The position numbers and the translations under genes were made by a program. 64,000 nucleotides of DNA from Campylobacteraceae bacterium (GTDB taxonomy: Bacteria > Campylobacterota > Campylobacteria > Campylobacterales > Sulfurovaceae): positions 6,501 through 70,500 of the forward strand of contig JALVXC010000182.1 of assembly GCA_027038275.1 (NCBI GenBank). Reading direction: 5' to 3'. The notes under the pieces were generated by a model. The model searched no databases. It was not told the origin of the DNA and saw nothing but the letters and a program-made list of their open reading frames with translations. Of the stretch, positions 40,622-48,706 are shown piece by piece. Positions within the stretch are counted from its first letter, which is position 1; the number at the start of each line of letters is the position of its first letter.

Positions 40622-40879
40622 CTATCTTTTATCACTTGGATTTACATAATCACACTCAGGGAGTATAGGCTTTACCATTATTCCAATCCAAAATATTAAT
40701 AACCCCAAAATGCCTAACTCTGAAAAAAACAATACAAAAACCATTAGAAATAGAGCTGATAATAGACTTAAAAATAGAGCATAAAAAAAACTTTCTTTTT
40801 TAATCAATAAACAGATAAACATATACAAAAAGGATATAATATATGCGTCCAACAAACCCAGTCCTAATGATTCTATCAA
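40622..40879 (-). CDS. small hydrophobic membrane protein (TTG start in the track; real start uncertain)
   Basis: 85 aa with 2-3 predicted TM segments (LLDAYIISFLYMFICLLI; LFLMVFVLFFSELGILGLLIFWIGI). Confidence 0.35.
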   Translation of the reverse strand: MIESLGLGLLDAYIISFLYMFICLLIKKESFFYALFLSLLSALFLMVFVLFFSELGILGLLIFWIGIMVKPILPECDYVNPSDKR

Positions 40880-40997
40880 AAAATCTCCTCCAACTTTCCA
40901 AACAATTTCTCTAATACCTCATCAACCAACTCTATCTCTAAACGTGAAGAAATAGTCCTTTTATAATTTGTTGTTTAGATTATAACATAAGTTTATT

Positions 40998-41639
40998 TTA
41001 CCCCCCCCCAACCACATTAAAACTAAAAGGAGTCCAATAACTCATACCAATATTTGCCTCACGAAGTCTGTCACCACTCCAACTGTTACAAGTTTTTATA
41101 GCATTATAGACTCGATTAGAACTATAAAAGGCATCATCTCTACCAAACCCTTTAGCCTCATAGTGTGGCACTTTGGAAAACTCTCTTTTTAATATCTGCT
41201 CCAAAGAGTCAAACTGCTTTTGTGTTAAGGCTAACTCTTTTGTCTGATAATAATTAATATCTTTATAGTATGCAACATGAAGAAGTGATGGTGTATTTAA
41301 AAAGAGTGCTTTTAGTGCAGTTGAGAGTTTTAGGTCGTCCCAAGTAGGAGTGTTTAAGTAGGTCTCTTTGTCACCCCAACCAAAAGCTAAGTAGCCTCTT
41401 TTTCTACCTTGAACAACTTGAGGAAGAAGTCTGTTCCAATCTACTTTAGAGTTTTCAAGCTTAAGAACAATATCGCTATGCATTGAGTCATAAAGAATAT
41501 AGATTTTTTGAACTTTTGGACTATTGGTTGTTGAGCCATTTGAAGGAAATAGCATAAAAAGATAAGAGACCAACCCATAAAAAATTGGAATCAAAATCAA
41601 AAATATCAACACTTTTAAAATCTTTTTTATGCCTCTCAA
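40998..41639 (-). CDS. DUF2459/TIGR02117-like membrane-anchored protein
   Basis: N-terminal TM, then IYILYDSMHSDIVL...GYLAFGWGDKETYL...LLHV, which resembles TIGR02117. The gene ends in a G9 tract. Confidence 0.5.
   Translation of the reverse strand: MRGIKKILKVLIFLILIPIFYGLVSYLFMLFPSNGSTTNSPKVQKIYILYDSMHSDIVLKLENSKVDWNRLLPQVVQGRKRGYLAFGWGDKETYLNTPTWDDLKLSTALKALFLNTPSLLHVAYYKDINYYQTKELALTQKQFDSLEQILKREFSKVPHYEAKGFGRDDAFYSSNRVYNAIKTCNSWSGDRLREANIGMSYWTPFSFNVVGGG
41001..41009 (-). repeat. homopolymeric G9 (C9 on the plus strand) tract at the last three codons of the DUF2459-like gene
   Basis: ...GTG GTT GGG GGG GGG TAA. This is the longest G/C homopolymer I noticed in this AT-rich window. Confidence 0.9.
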
Positions 41640-41731
41640 AAACGCACTCCTCTATTTTATTTTTTAAAGTATAGCCTTTTTTTGCTCTTTTTAAAAATTC
41701 TCGTTATAATCGACCAAAAAAGAGATTTAAA

Positions 41732-42523
41732 ATGAGATACATACTACTACTCTTAACACCGTTACTACTCTTTTCAAAAGTTCACTATGCAAAGGTAGAG
41801 CCTTTAGAGAACATTACTCTAAAATCGGCTGTCTCAGCACAAGTTTTAAAAGTAAAAATAGATTTAGAGGGAAGAAGAGTTAAAGCAAACACCATTATAA
41901 AGCTAGATGATAAGTTAGACAAAACCAAACTCTCCTCTAGTAGAGCCTCTATTAAACTTATAGAGAGTATGATAGCAACCAATCGTAAAATTTTATCGGC
42001 ACTAAAAGAGTCACTAACTAGACAAGAAGCCTACTACTCGCGTATTTTAAATGTAGCCTCTGCGTCCAAGACTCAAAAGGATAATGCCTTTTACGCCTTT
42101 ACAAATGCCAAAACTCAATACTTTAGCACAAAAGAGAAGATAGACTCACTCAAAAAACAGAAACTCGATTTGCAGTTTGAGATAGCACGGCTAAAAGATA
42201 GCATTAGCAAAAAAACTATTATCATTCACAATAAATTTTTAGATAAACTACTTGTTCATAAAGGCGATTTTGTTAATATGGGGACACCATTAGCAGAACT
42301 TAAAGATTTGACCTCTGCTAAGTTGGTACTCTTTTTAGAGGCAGATGAGTTAAAAGATGTAAAAAAGAAAACCATCTATATAGATGATAGAGCGACAAAG
42401 TATAAAATCTCTAAGATTTGGTCAGTAGCAGATAAGAAGTTTATCTCATCTTATCGTACAGAGATTATTATTAGAAATCCAAAAGAGAGTTTCTCTAAAC
42501 TACTAAAGGTGGAGTTAAAATGA
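41732..42523 (+). CDS. exported coiled-coil / barrel-sandwich (HlyD-like) protein
   Basis: Signal peptide, a central coiled coil, and GDFVNMGTPLAELKD, which resembles a lipoyl-like hairpin of membrane-fusion proteins. Confidence 0.4.
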   Translation: MRYILLLLTPLLLFSKVHYAKVEPLENITLKSAVSAQVLKVKIDLEGRRVKANTIIKLDDKLDKTKLSSSRASIKLIESMIATNRKILSALKESLTRQEAYYSRILNVASASKTQKDNAFYAFTNAKTQYFSTKEKIDSLKKQKLDLQFEIARLKDSISKKTIIIHNKFLDKLLVHKGDFVNMGTPLAELKDLTSAKLVLFLEADELKDVKKKTIYIDDRATKYKISKIWSVADKKFISSYRTEIIIRNPKESFSKLLKVELK

Positions 42524-44313
42524 GCAAAATAAAAACAACCTGTGGACTAGACTGCCCTGATGCTTGTGGTATTGTGGTAAAAGATGGCAAGATAGAAGCC
42601 GATGTTAGCCACCCTACTTCAAATGGTGCTTTGTGTGCTTTGCTAAACAGATATATGCTAGAGGAACCTCGTATTAAAAAGGCTCGTGTTAATGGAAAAG
42701 AGGTAAGTTTAGATGAAGCACTAAAAGCTACAAAAGATGCCCTTAATGCACCATCTAAACTACTATGGAGGGGTTCAGGAAACTTTGGAGTGATGCAAGA
42801 GATTACTAACCTGCTCTTTGAGAAGATAGAGGGAACAACCACAAAAGGAACACTCTGTGATGGTTCAGGCGATGCAGGAATCTTAAATGGACGAGAGGTC
42901 AATAAAATCTTACCTCCAGAGCAGATAGATAAAGCCCAAGTTGTTGTAGTATGGGGGAAAAATATTACTGTAACAGCCTCACATCTTATGCCCTACTTAG
43001 AGGGAAAAGAGATAATTGTGATTGACCCTGTTAAAACCCCTATTGCTAAAAAGGCTGATTTGCATCTACAGATTGCTCCTCGCTCCGACTTCTTTATGGC
43101 TGTTATGTTGGCACGTTTTGCACTTATGGGTGACTTTGAAGACAAAGAGTTCTTAGATGAGTATGCTTCTGAATATGAGGATTACTATGAGTTTACACAA
43201 GGCTTTAGAATACGCCCTATTTTAGAGTATATAGGTACTAATCTACAAGAGATGGGAAGCATTTTAGAGATAATAAAAGACAAAAGAACACTCTTTTTAG
43301 TAGGAAATGGTGTGCAGAAGTACTCTACAGGTCATGCAACGCTTCACGCTATTGACTCTTTGGCTGTACTCTTAGGTAAAATAGGAAAAGAGGGGTGTGG
43401 AGTTGGCTTTTTAGGCAACTCAAAACTAAACTTTAAAAATCCATTTGAGGTTAAGACAAAAAGAGTCCAAAAGGCAAATACCCCTTTTGGAAAGTTTGAT
43501 ACAGTTCTTATTCAGGGTGGAAACCCTGTAGCCTCCATGCCTGACAGTAACAGAGTAATAAAAGAGCTTAAAAAGACAAAGACTATCATCTACTACGGAC
43601 TCTATGAAAATGAAACCTCTGCTATGGCTGACATTGTCATTCCTGCTAAAAACTTTTTTGAAAAAGATGATGTACGCCTAAGCTATGGACACCAATATGT
43701 TAACCCTATGAGAAAAGTACATGAGTGCGACTACGGCATAAGTGAGTATGAGTTTACCAACACCCTACTTCAACAGTTTGGATTTGCTCCATTAGAGAGT
43801 GAGGAGTACTACTTAAACTTTTGGATTGAACAGTGTAGTAAAATAGACAATGACTACTACCTCCACCCTGCTTATGAGGAGATTCCATACCATAATGGTT
43901 TTGGAGAAAATGGAGAGGAGGAGTTTATATTTCCTGATGAGTTTGATGATGATTTTATTAAGACTAAAGAGTTTACACGTGCTAGAAGAAAATCAAAAAA
44001 AGAGAAGGTTATAGAGGAGTATTGGCTTTTAAGTCCAAAGGCAAATAAATCGCTAAACACCCAATTTAAACGTGACAATAAAATTAAACTACACCCAAGT
44101 CTTGGATTTGAAGAAGGGCAAGTGGTACGTGTATTTTCTGAATATGGTGAACACAACTTTGTGGTTAGGAACTCCAAAGATACAAGAGAAGATACAGTAG
44201 TAATTACTTCTAATAGTGTTGGAGTAAACTTTTTAACACCAAGTATTATAAGTGATGAGGGTGACTCAGCTTGTTACCAAGAGGTTAAAGTTAAGGTGGA
44301 AGCTCTAGGCTAA
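42520..44313 (+). CDS. molybdopterin (bis-MGD) oxidoreductase family protein, no Tat signal
   Basis: N-terminal 4Fe-4S motif TCGLDCPDACG...C, molybdopterin-binding-like central region and C-terminal beta-barrel domain. The start overlaps the upstream stop (ATGA). Confidence 0.75.
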   Translation: MSKIKTTCGLDCPDACGIVVKDGKIEADVSHPTSNGALCALLNRYMLEEPRIKKARVNGKEVSLDEALKATKDALNAPSKLLWRGSGNFGVMQEITNLLFEKIEGTTTKGTLCDGSGDAGILNGREVNKILPPEQIDKAQVVVVWGKNITVTASHLMPYLEGKEIIVIDPVKTPIAKKADLHLQIAPRSDFFMAVMLARFALMGDFEDKEFLDEYASEYEDYYEFTQGFRIRPILEYIGTNLQEMGSILEIIKDKRTLFLVGNGVQKYSTGHATLHAIDSLAVLLGKIGKEGCGVGFLGNSKLNFKNPFEVKTKRVQKANTPFGKFDTVLIQGGNPVASMPDSNRVIKELKKTKTIIYYGLYENETSAMADIVIPAKNFFEKDDVRLSYGHQYVNPMRKVHECDYGISEYEFTNTLLQQFGFAPLESEEYYLNFWIEQCSKIDNDYYLHPAYEEIPYHNGFGENGEEEFIFPDEFDDDFIKTKEFTRARRKSKKEKVIEEYWLLSPKANKSLNTQFKRDNKIKLHPSLGFEEGQVVRVFSEYGEHNFVVRNSKDTREDTVVITSNSVGVNFLTPSIISDEGDSACYQEVKVKVEALG

Positions 44314-44315
44314 AT

Positions 44316-44732
44316 ATGGTCTACATTACCCTATTTATCTCTGCTTTAGTCTCTGCAACTCTCTTTCCTTTGGGGAGTGAGGCAATACTACTATATGATT
44401 TAAACGAGGGCTACTCTGCTCTATGGCTACTTACTTGGGCAACACTTGGCAACACTTTAGGGGCTGTTGTCAACTACATTTTAGGCTACCAAGGAGAGAG
44501 ATTTTTAGAGCAAAAAAACCTTATTGACAGAGAGAAGTTTTTAAAATTTACCAAGCTCTTTGAGAAGTATGGAGGCTACTCTCTACTTCTCTCATGGTTA
44601 CCTCTAGTTGGTGACTTCTTTACACTAGCAGGTGGTATAGCTCGTTACCCTTTTTTAAACTTCTTTCTATTGGTTTTAGTTGCAAAGTTTGGAAGGTATT
44701 TAGCTTTAACAATTAGCTGGTATTTTTACTGA
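44316..44732 (+). CDS. YqaA-family (DedA/SNARE-associated-like) membrane protein
   Basis: FISALVSATLFPLGSEAILL and a 138-aa, 4-TM layout. Confidence 0.65.
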   Translation: MVYITLFISALVSATLFPLGSEAILLYDLNEGYSALWLLTWATLGNTLGAVVNYILGYQGERFLEQKNLIDREKFLKFTKLFEKYGGYSLLLSWLPLVGDFFTLAGGIARYPFLNFFLLVLVAKFGRYLALTISWYFY

Positions 44733-45967
44733 CGATAACGCCCATCTGGGTCATATATAAAATATATATCTGATGGGTCAAGCTTAGGTAGTCTATACTG
44801 TATCTCTCCTCTCTTCTCTCCCTTTACTTCCAAATCTAACAGTGCTAACCGTTTAGGTTCTTCTTGTTTCTTTTTTTTACTTGGGTCTTCAAGTACTGAA
44901 GTATCAACAATAGTATCAATAACATTATCTATCCAATGCAACTTTTGAGCATTCTTTGCCATCTCCTGCCAATCACCCCCTGCAGCATGTGCATACATCT
45001 CCTTCTTAAACTCTTCAACTGTAATTCCCATCTTTTTAGCAATAGGCTCTGCAAACTCAAGCCACCACTCATTAAGATGAGCTACACTCTCTTGCTGTTC
45101 AGAAAGATTTCCAAGCGATATATTACTTGGTTGATGATGTAAAATAATTGCATGTCCATAAGCAAAAGATTTATCTGCTAATGTTACAATAATCGCAGCC
45201 ATAGAGGCAGCATACGAGCGTAATACAACATAAATAGGTGCTTTACTTGATTTCATAGCTTTTAAAATAAGATACCCTGCCATAACTGACCCACCAGGAG
45301 AGCTATCTATAACTATAAAAATAGGCTTTTTTGAATCTTTATTGTTAAAATAGTTAATCTTGTTAGTAATCTCAGTTGACATCTTTTTAGTAATTATACC
45401 ATTAAGAGATATACGTCTATCAGAAATTATCAAGGTGGTGTTATTGTCAGTTAAAGGATTATCGAAATATTTAGGTGTAGCAGAGGCATACTGCTCTCTA
45501 CTCTTTCTTGCTTCAATCTCTTCTACCTCTGCCTTAAGTCTATTTGTATCTAATTCCCATTTTGCTTTCTTAAGCTCTATCTCTTGAGTCTTCTGTTTAT
45601 TTTTCAACTCTTGAACTTTTGTATCATATTCTAATCTAGCAATCTCACTATTGTGTTTTAACTCCTCATCATATTTAGCACTTTTTGCTTTTAGCTCTTT
45701 AAGAGCTAACTTTTCGGTAAGTAACTCTTTCTCCCACTTTACTTTTTGAAGTTCCATTAAGAGTTTAGCATGTTCACGTTTTAACTTCTCCTCTAAGAGT
45801 GAATTTTTTAAAGAGAGTTTTTTCCCTTTTAACTCCAAAGCCTCTGTTTCAACATCGTGACTATTAGTAACATTTTTTTTAGTAGCATTATGCTCACTGT
45901 TAGTCAAGGCGTGAGCATTGAGGGTAGCAAGTAGCAAAATAGTAACAAGACTTAATCTTCTATTCAT
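44726..45967 (-). CDS. exported ClpP/crotonase-fold serine protease-like protein with long N-terminal coiled coil
   Basis: Signal peptide, a ~150-aa Lys/Glu coiled coil, then IFIVIDSSPGGSVMAGYLILKAM...VVLRSYAASMAAII (Clp/SppA-like). Confidence 0.6.
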   Translation of the reverse strand: MNRRLSLVTILLLATLNAHALTNSEHNATKKNVTNSHDVETEALELKGKKLSLKNSLLEEKLKREHAKLLMELQKVKWEKELLTEKLALKELKAKSAKYDEELKHNSEIARLEYDTKVQELKNKQKTQEIELKKAKWELDTNRLKAEVEEIEARKSREQYASATPKYFDNPLTDNNTTLIISDRRISLNGIITKKMSTEITNKINYFNNKDSKKPIFIVIDSSPGGSVMAGYLILKAMKSSKAPIYVVLRSYAASMAAIIVTLADKSFAYGHAIILHHQPSNISLGNLSEQQESVAHLNEWWLEFAEPIAKKMGITVEEFKKEMYAHAAGGDWQEMAKNAQKLHWIDNVIDTIVDTSVLEDPSKKKKQEEPKRLALLDLEVKGEKRGEIQYRLPKLDPSDIYFIYDPDGRYRQ

Positions 45968-46105
45968 GTAATATCCTTTTTTTGTAATAGTTGAATTATA
46001 TATTTAAATAGTAAACAGAAAGTTTTATTAAGTAAACGATTAATTATATTTAATTAACAGTTAGTTAATAAAATTAATAAAAAGTATTAAAGAGGAGCAA
46101 TAGCA

Positions 46106-46657
46106 CTAAAAAAGTTGTACTCCCAAATCTACATTATGCTCTTCTTTTTTATCTTCATCACCAATACGTTTTCCCAAATCTATATTTGGCTCATCTATAG
46201 GTATCTGCTCTGGAGCTTTATCTTCAACAACCTCTAGCTCATTACCACCATCAAATGGAGGCTCTTCTATAGTAGCTAACTCTTCATCCTCACTATCATC
46301 TATAATCTCTGTCTCATCATTAATAACAATCTCAGGTTCATCTAGGCTACTATCATCTGCAATAACCTCTACCTCTTCTTTAGGAATATTTGGAGTTAAC
46401 TCAATAGAGCTACTATTTAATTCATTACCCTCAATATATTTTTCACTTTCATTACTCTCTTTTTCAGGAGTTTCCTCCTCTTCCTCTCTATTTACACGTT
46501 TATCACTTAATGGAGGATGAGGCATAACCACACTCTTTACTACAACACTCTCTTTTTCATGTATAGGTTTTTCATGAATTATCTTGTTACTATAGTAAAC
46601 TAAACCTGCAAGAATAAGTGCAACAACAATAAGGATTTTTAGCAAAATATTAGACAT
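46106..46657 (-). CDS. membrane-anchored highly acidic protein, unknown function
   Basis: N-terminal TM ILIVVALILAGLVYY followed by an Asp/Glu-rich low-complexity region. Confidence 0.45.
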   Translation of the reverse strand: MSNILLKILIVVALILAGLVYYSNKIIHEKPIHEKESVVVKSVVMPHPPLSDKRVNREEEEETPEKESNESEKYIEGNELNSSSIELTPNIPKEEVEVIADDSSLDEPEIVINDETEIIDDSEDEELATIEEPPFDGGNELEVVEDKAPEQIPIDEPNIDLGKRIGDEDKKEEHNVDLGVQLF

Positions 46658-46731
46658 TTTTTCCCATTTTTAATCTTTTTTATTAATAAATACTCTATCA
46701 TATTACAGATTAAAAAATGATAAGATAAAAA

Positions 46732-47985
46732 TTAAATACTTTCCTTACTTACACAAACTACTTCTAACTTCACAGTCATATCTACTAAACTAAATCTATC
46801 ACTCTCTTTAATCTCACTCAAAGCCACCTTTTTCTCATTAAGCACAACCTCTGCCCAGCCATCTTTCTGTTTTAGTTTTGGGTCATAGAGTCTCATCTTT
46901 TGCTCTAAAGAGTTTAAAGTTTGAGTTTTAACTTGCAAAGCATACTCAAAATTTTCTCTTAGAAGTTGAGGTAGAGGAGTAATTTTAGCTTCAAACTGTG
47001 CAAGTTTGTACTCCATTACTCTTTGAAACTCCTCTTCTAAGTTTTTAAACTCTCTCTCTACCATAGCAATCTTTCGTGAAACAGATTGACGAGCAAATTC
47101 CTGTGTTAAAGCATTTAGAGTCTGCTCCTTATTTGCTAAAATCTGTCCCATAGTACGTGCATAACGATTCTGTAGTTCACTAAGTGTATAAAGCACCTCA
47201 TTTTGGTCAGGAAGTATCATCTCAATAGCAGCCGAGGGCGTAGGAGCTCTTAGGTCTGCTACAAAATCAGAGATAAGAACATCAACCTCATGCCCAACAG
47301 CAGAGACTACAAAGGTATTTAGGTTAAAAATAGCATCTGCTACCACCTCTTCATTAAAAGCCCACAAATCCTCTTTGCTTCCACCCCCACGACCAACCAC
47401 AATGGCATCACACCCTAAAGTATCAGCAAATGCCAAAGCCTCTGCAATCTGTGGAGCAGATTTATCTCCTTGAACTAAAGTATCTATGACAATAACTTCA
47501 AGCAATCGCCACCGTTTATCTATAACCTTTAACATATCTTGCAAAGCTGCACTCTTAGAGGCTGTCACTAAAGCTAGTTTTTTAATATACTTAGGTTGTG
47601 GCTTCTTTCGCTGTGCATCAAAGTAACCCTTTTGTTGTAACTTCTCTTTGAGTTGTTCATAGGCAAGTGCCAAAGCCCCTTGTCCAAAAGGCTCAACACT
47701 CACTGTCATTAACTGATACTCTCCACGAAGAGTATAAACTGAAATCGACCCATTAACAATTATATGTTGCCCCCTCTCTAGCCTAAACTTTAACCTGTTG
47801 GCATTTGAGCGAAACATTACGCACTTAATGCTTGAGTTTTTATCTTTTATGGAGAAGTAAATGTGACCTGAATTGTGGTAGGTTACTGATGATATTTCGC
47901 CCTCTACTGAAATGTGCATGAATGTTGTCTCTAGGAGCGATTTTATTTTTGTATTTAGGGAGGTTACGGTCATGGTTGCGTTCAT
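46732..47985 (-). CDS. xseA: exodeoxyribonuclease VII large subunit
   Basis: OB-fold start LNTKIKSLLETTF..ISVEGEIS....SGHIYFSIKD, catalytic core GRGGGS.EDLW.FN and a helical tail. Confidence 0.9.
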   Translation of the reverse strand: MNATMTVTSLNTKIKSLLETTFMHISVEGEISSVTYHNSGHIYFSIKDKNSSIKCVMFRSNANRLKFRLERGQHIIVNGSISVYTLRGEYQLMTVSVEPFGQGALALAYEQLKEKLQQKGYFDAQRKKPQPKYIKKLALVTASKSAALQDMLKVIDKRWRLLEVIVIDTLVQGDKSAPQIAEALAFADTLGCDAIVVGRGGGSKEDLWAFNEEVVADAIFNLNTFVVSAVGHEVDVLISDFVADLRAPTPSAAIEMILPDQNEVLYTLSELQNRYARTMGQILANKEQTLNALTQEFARQSVSRKIAMVEREFKNLEEEFQRVMEYKLAQFEAKITPLPQLLRENFEYALQVKTQTLNSLEQKMRLYDPKLKQKDGWAEVVLNEKKVALSEIKESDRFSLVDMTVKLEVVCVSKESI

Positions 47986-47986
47986 T

Positions 47987-48706
47987 TTAATCTACCTCTA
48001 TTAAAGATTTATAGTTTTTAAATATCCAATACCTAAAAGCAAGAAAATCTTCTTCTTTTTGCTTTATATCATCAACTAAACTCTTTAAAATGTCGTTAAT
48101 TGGCTTTTTGGCTAATTTTCTATCTTTAATCTTTTTAAAAAATTCATCTATAACTGTTTTTCTTTTTTCAATTAAATCAGGTCGATTTAAATAACAAGTA
48201 TCAATAGTATATTGCACTCGACTATCGTTAGAGTCAATCTTACCTTTTTTACTAAAACTAAGTTGTTCAACTACACTCTCTAATTCAGGATGAACCATTT
48301 TAGGTTGTTCCCTGTTTTGATACTCAACTGTACTAGAGTGAATATTCTCTATAAAAGAGTCATCATAAAGAGCCTCTTGCCCCAATATCTCAAAATTATC
48401 TGCTTTATTTTTATTGCACCCTCTACAACACAACAGAAGATTGTCCCAAGAGAATGCTAACCAATAGTATCTACTTTTAGGTCGATAGTGTTCTATGGTT
48501 CTTGTATCTGTTCTATCACCACCAATAGATAGCTTCTGTTCACAAAAAGCACATTTGCCTTTATATATTTTATGTAGTGCCTCTTTTGTATCTTTCTGTT
48601 TAAATAATTTTGCATCTTTTTTATTGTATGGATTAGTTCTCTTCTCCTCTTCCACTCTCTTAAGGGAGTTAGGAACATTTTCTAAATCTTTATAGACCTG
48701 AATCAT
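47987..48706 (-). CDS. ptuB: HNH nuclease of the TIGR02646 / PtuB (Septu, retron-effector) type
   Basis: CAFCEQK...IEHYRPKS...WDNLLLCCRGCNKNK. The start overlaps the ATPase stop. Confidence 0.7.
   Translation of the reverse strand: MIQVYKDLENVPNSLKRVEEEKRTNPYNKKDAKLFKQKDTKEALHKIYKGKCAFCEQKLSIGGDRTDTRTIEHYRPKSRYYWLAFSWDNLLLCCRGCNKNKADNFEILGQEALYDDSFIENIHSSTVEYQNREQPKMVHPELESVVEQLSFSKKGKIDSNDSRVQYTIDTCYLNRPDLIEKRKTVIDEFFKKIKDRKLAKKPINDILKSLVDDIKQKEEDFLAFRYWIFKNYKSLIEVD

Noticed and set aside
40611-40647. Possible third, solitary copy of the CRISPR-like repeat (GTTTCAATAGCCTATCTTTTATC..., 18 of the first 23 nt match repeat 2 at 33036)
   Set aside because: The similarity is confined to the first ~23 nt and overlaps the end of an ORF. 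An 8-mer seed is expected by chance a few times in 64 kb of AT-rich DNA. It is worth rechecking only if the genome turns out to carry this repeat family.
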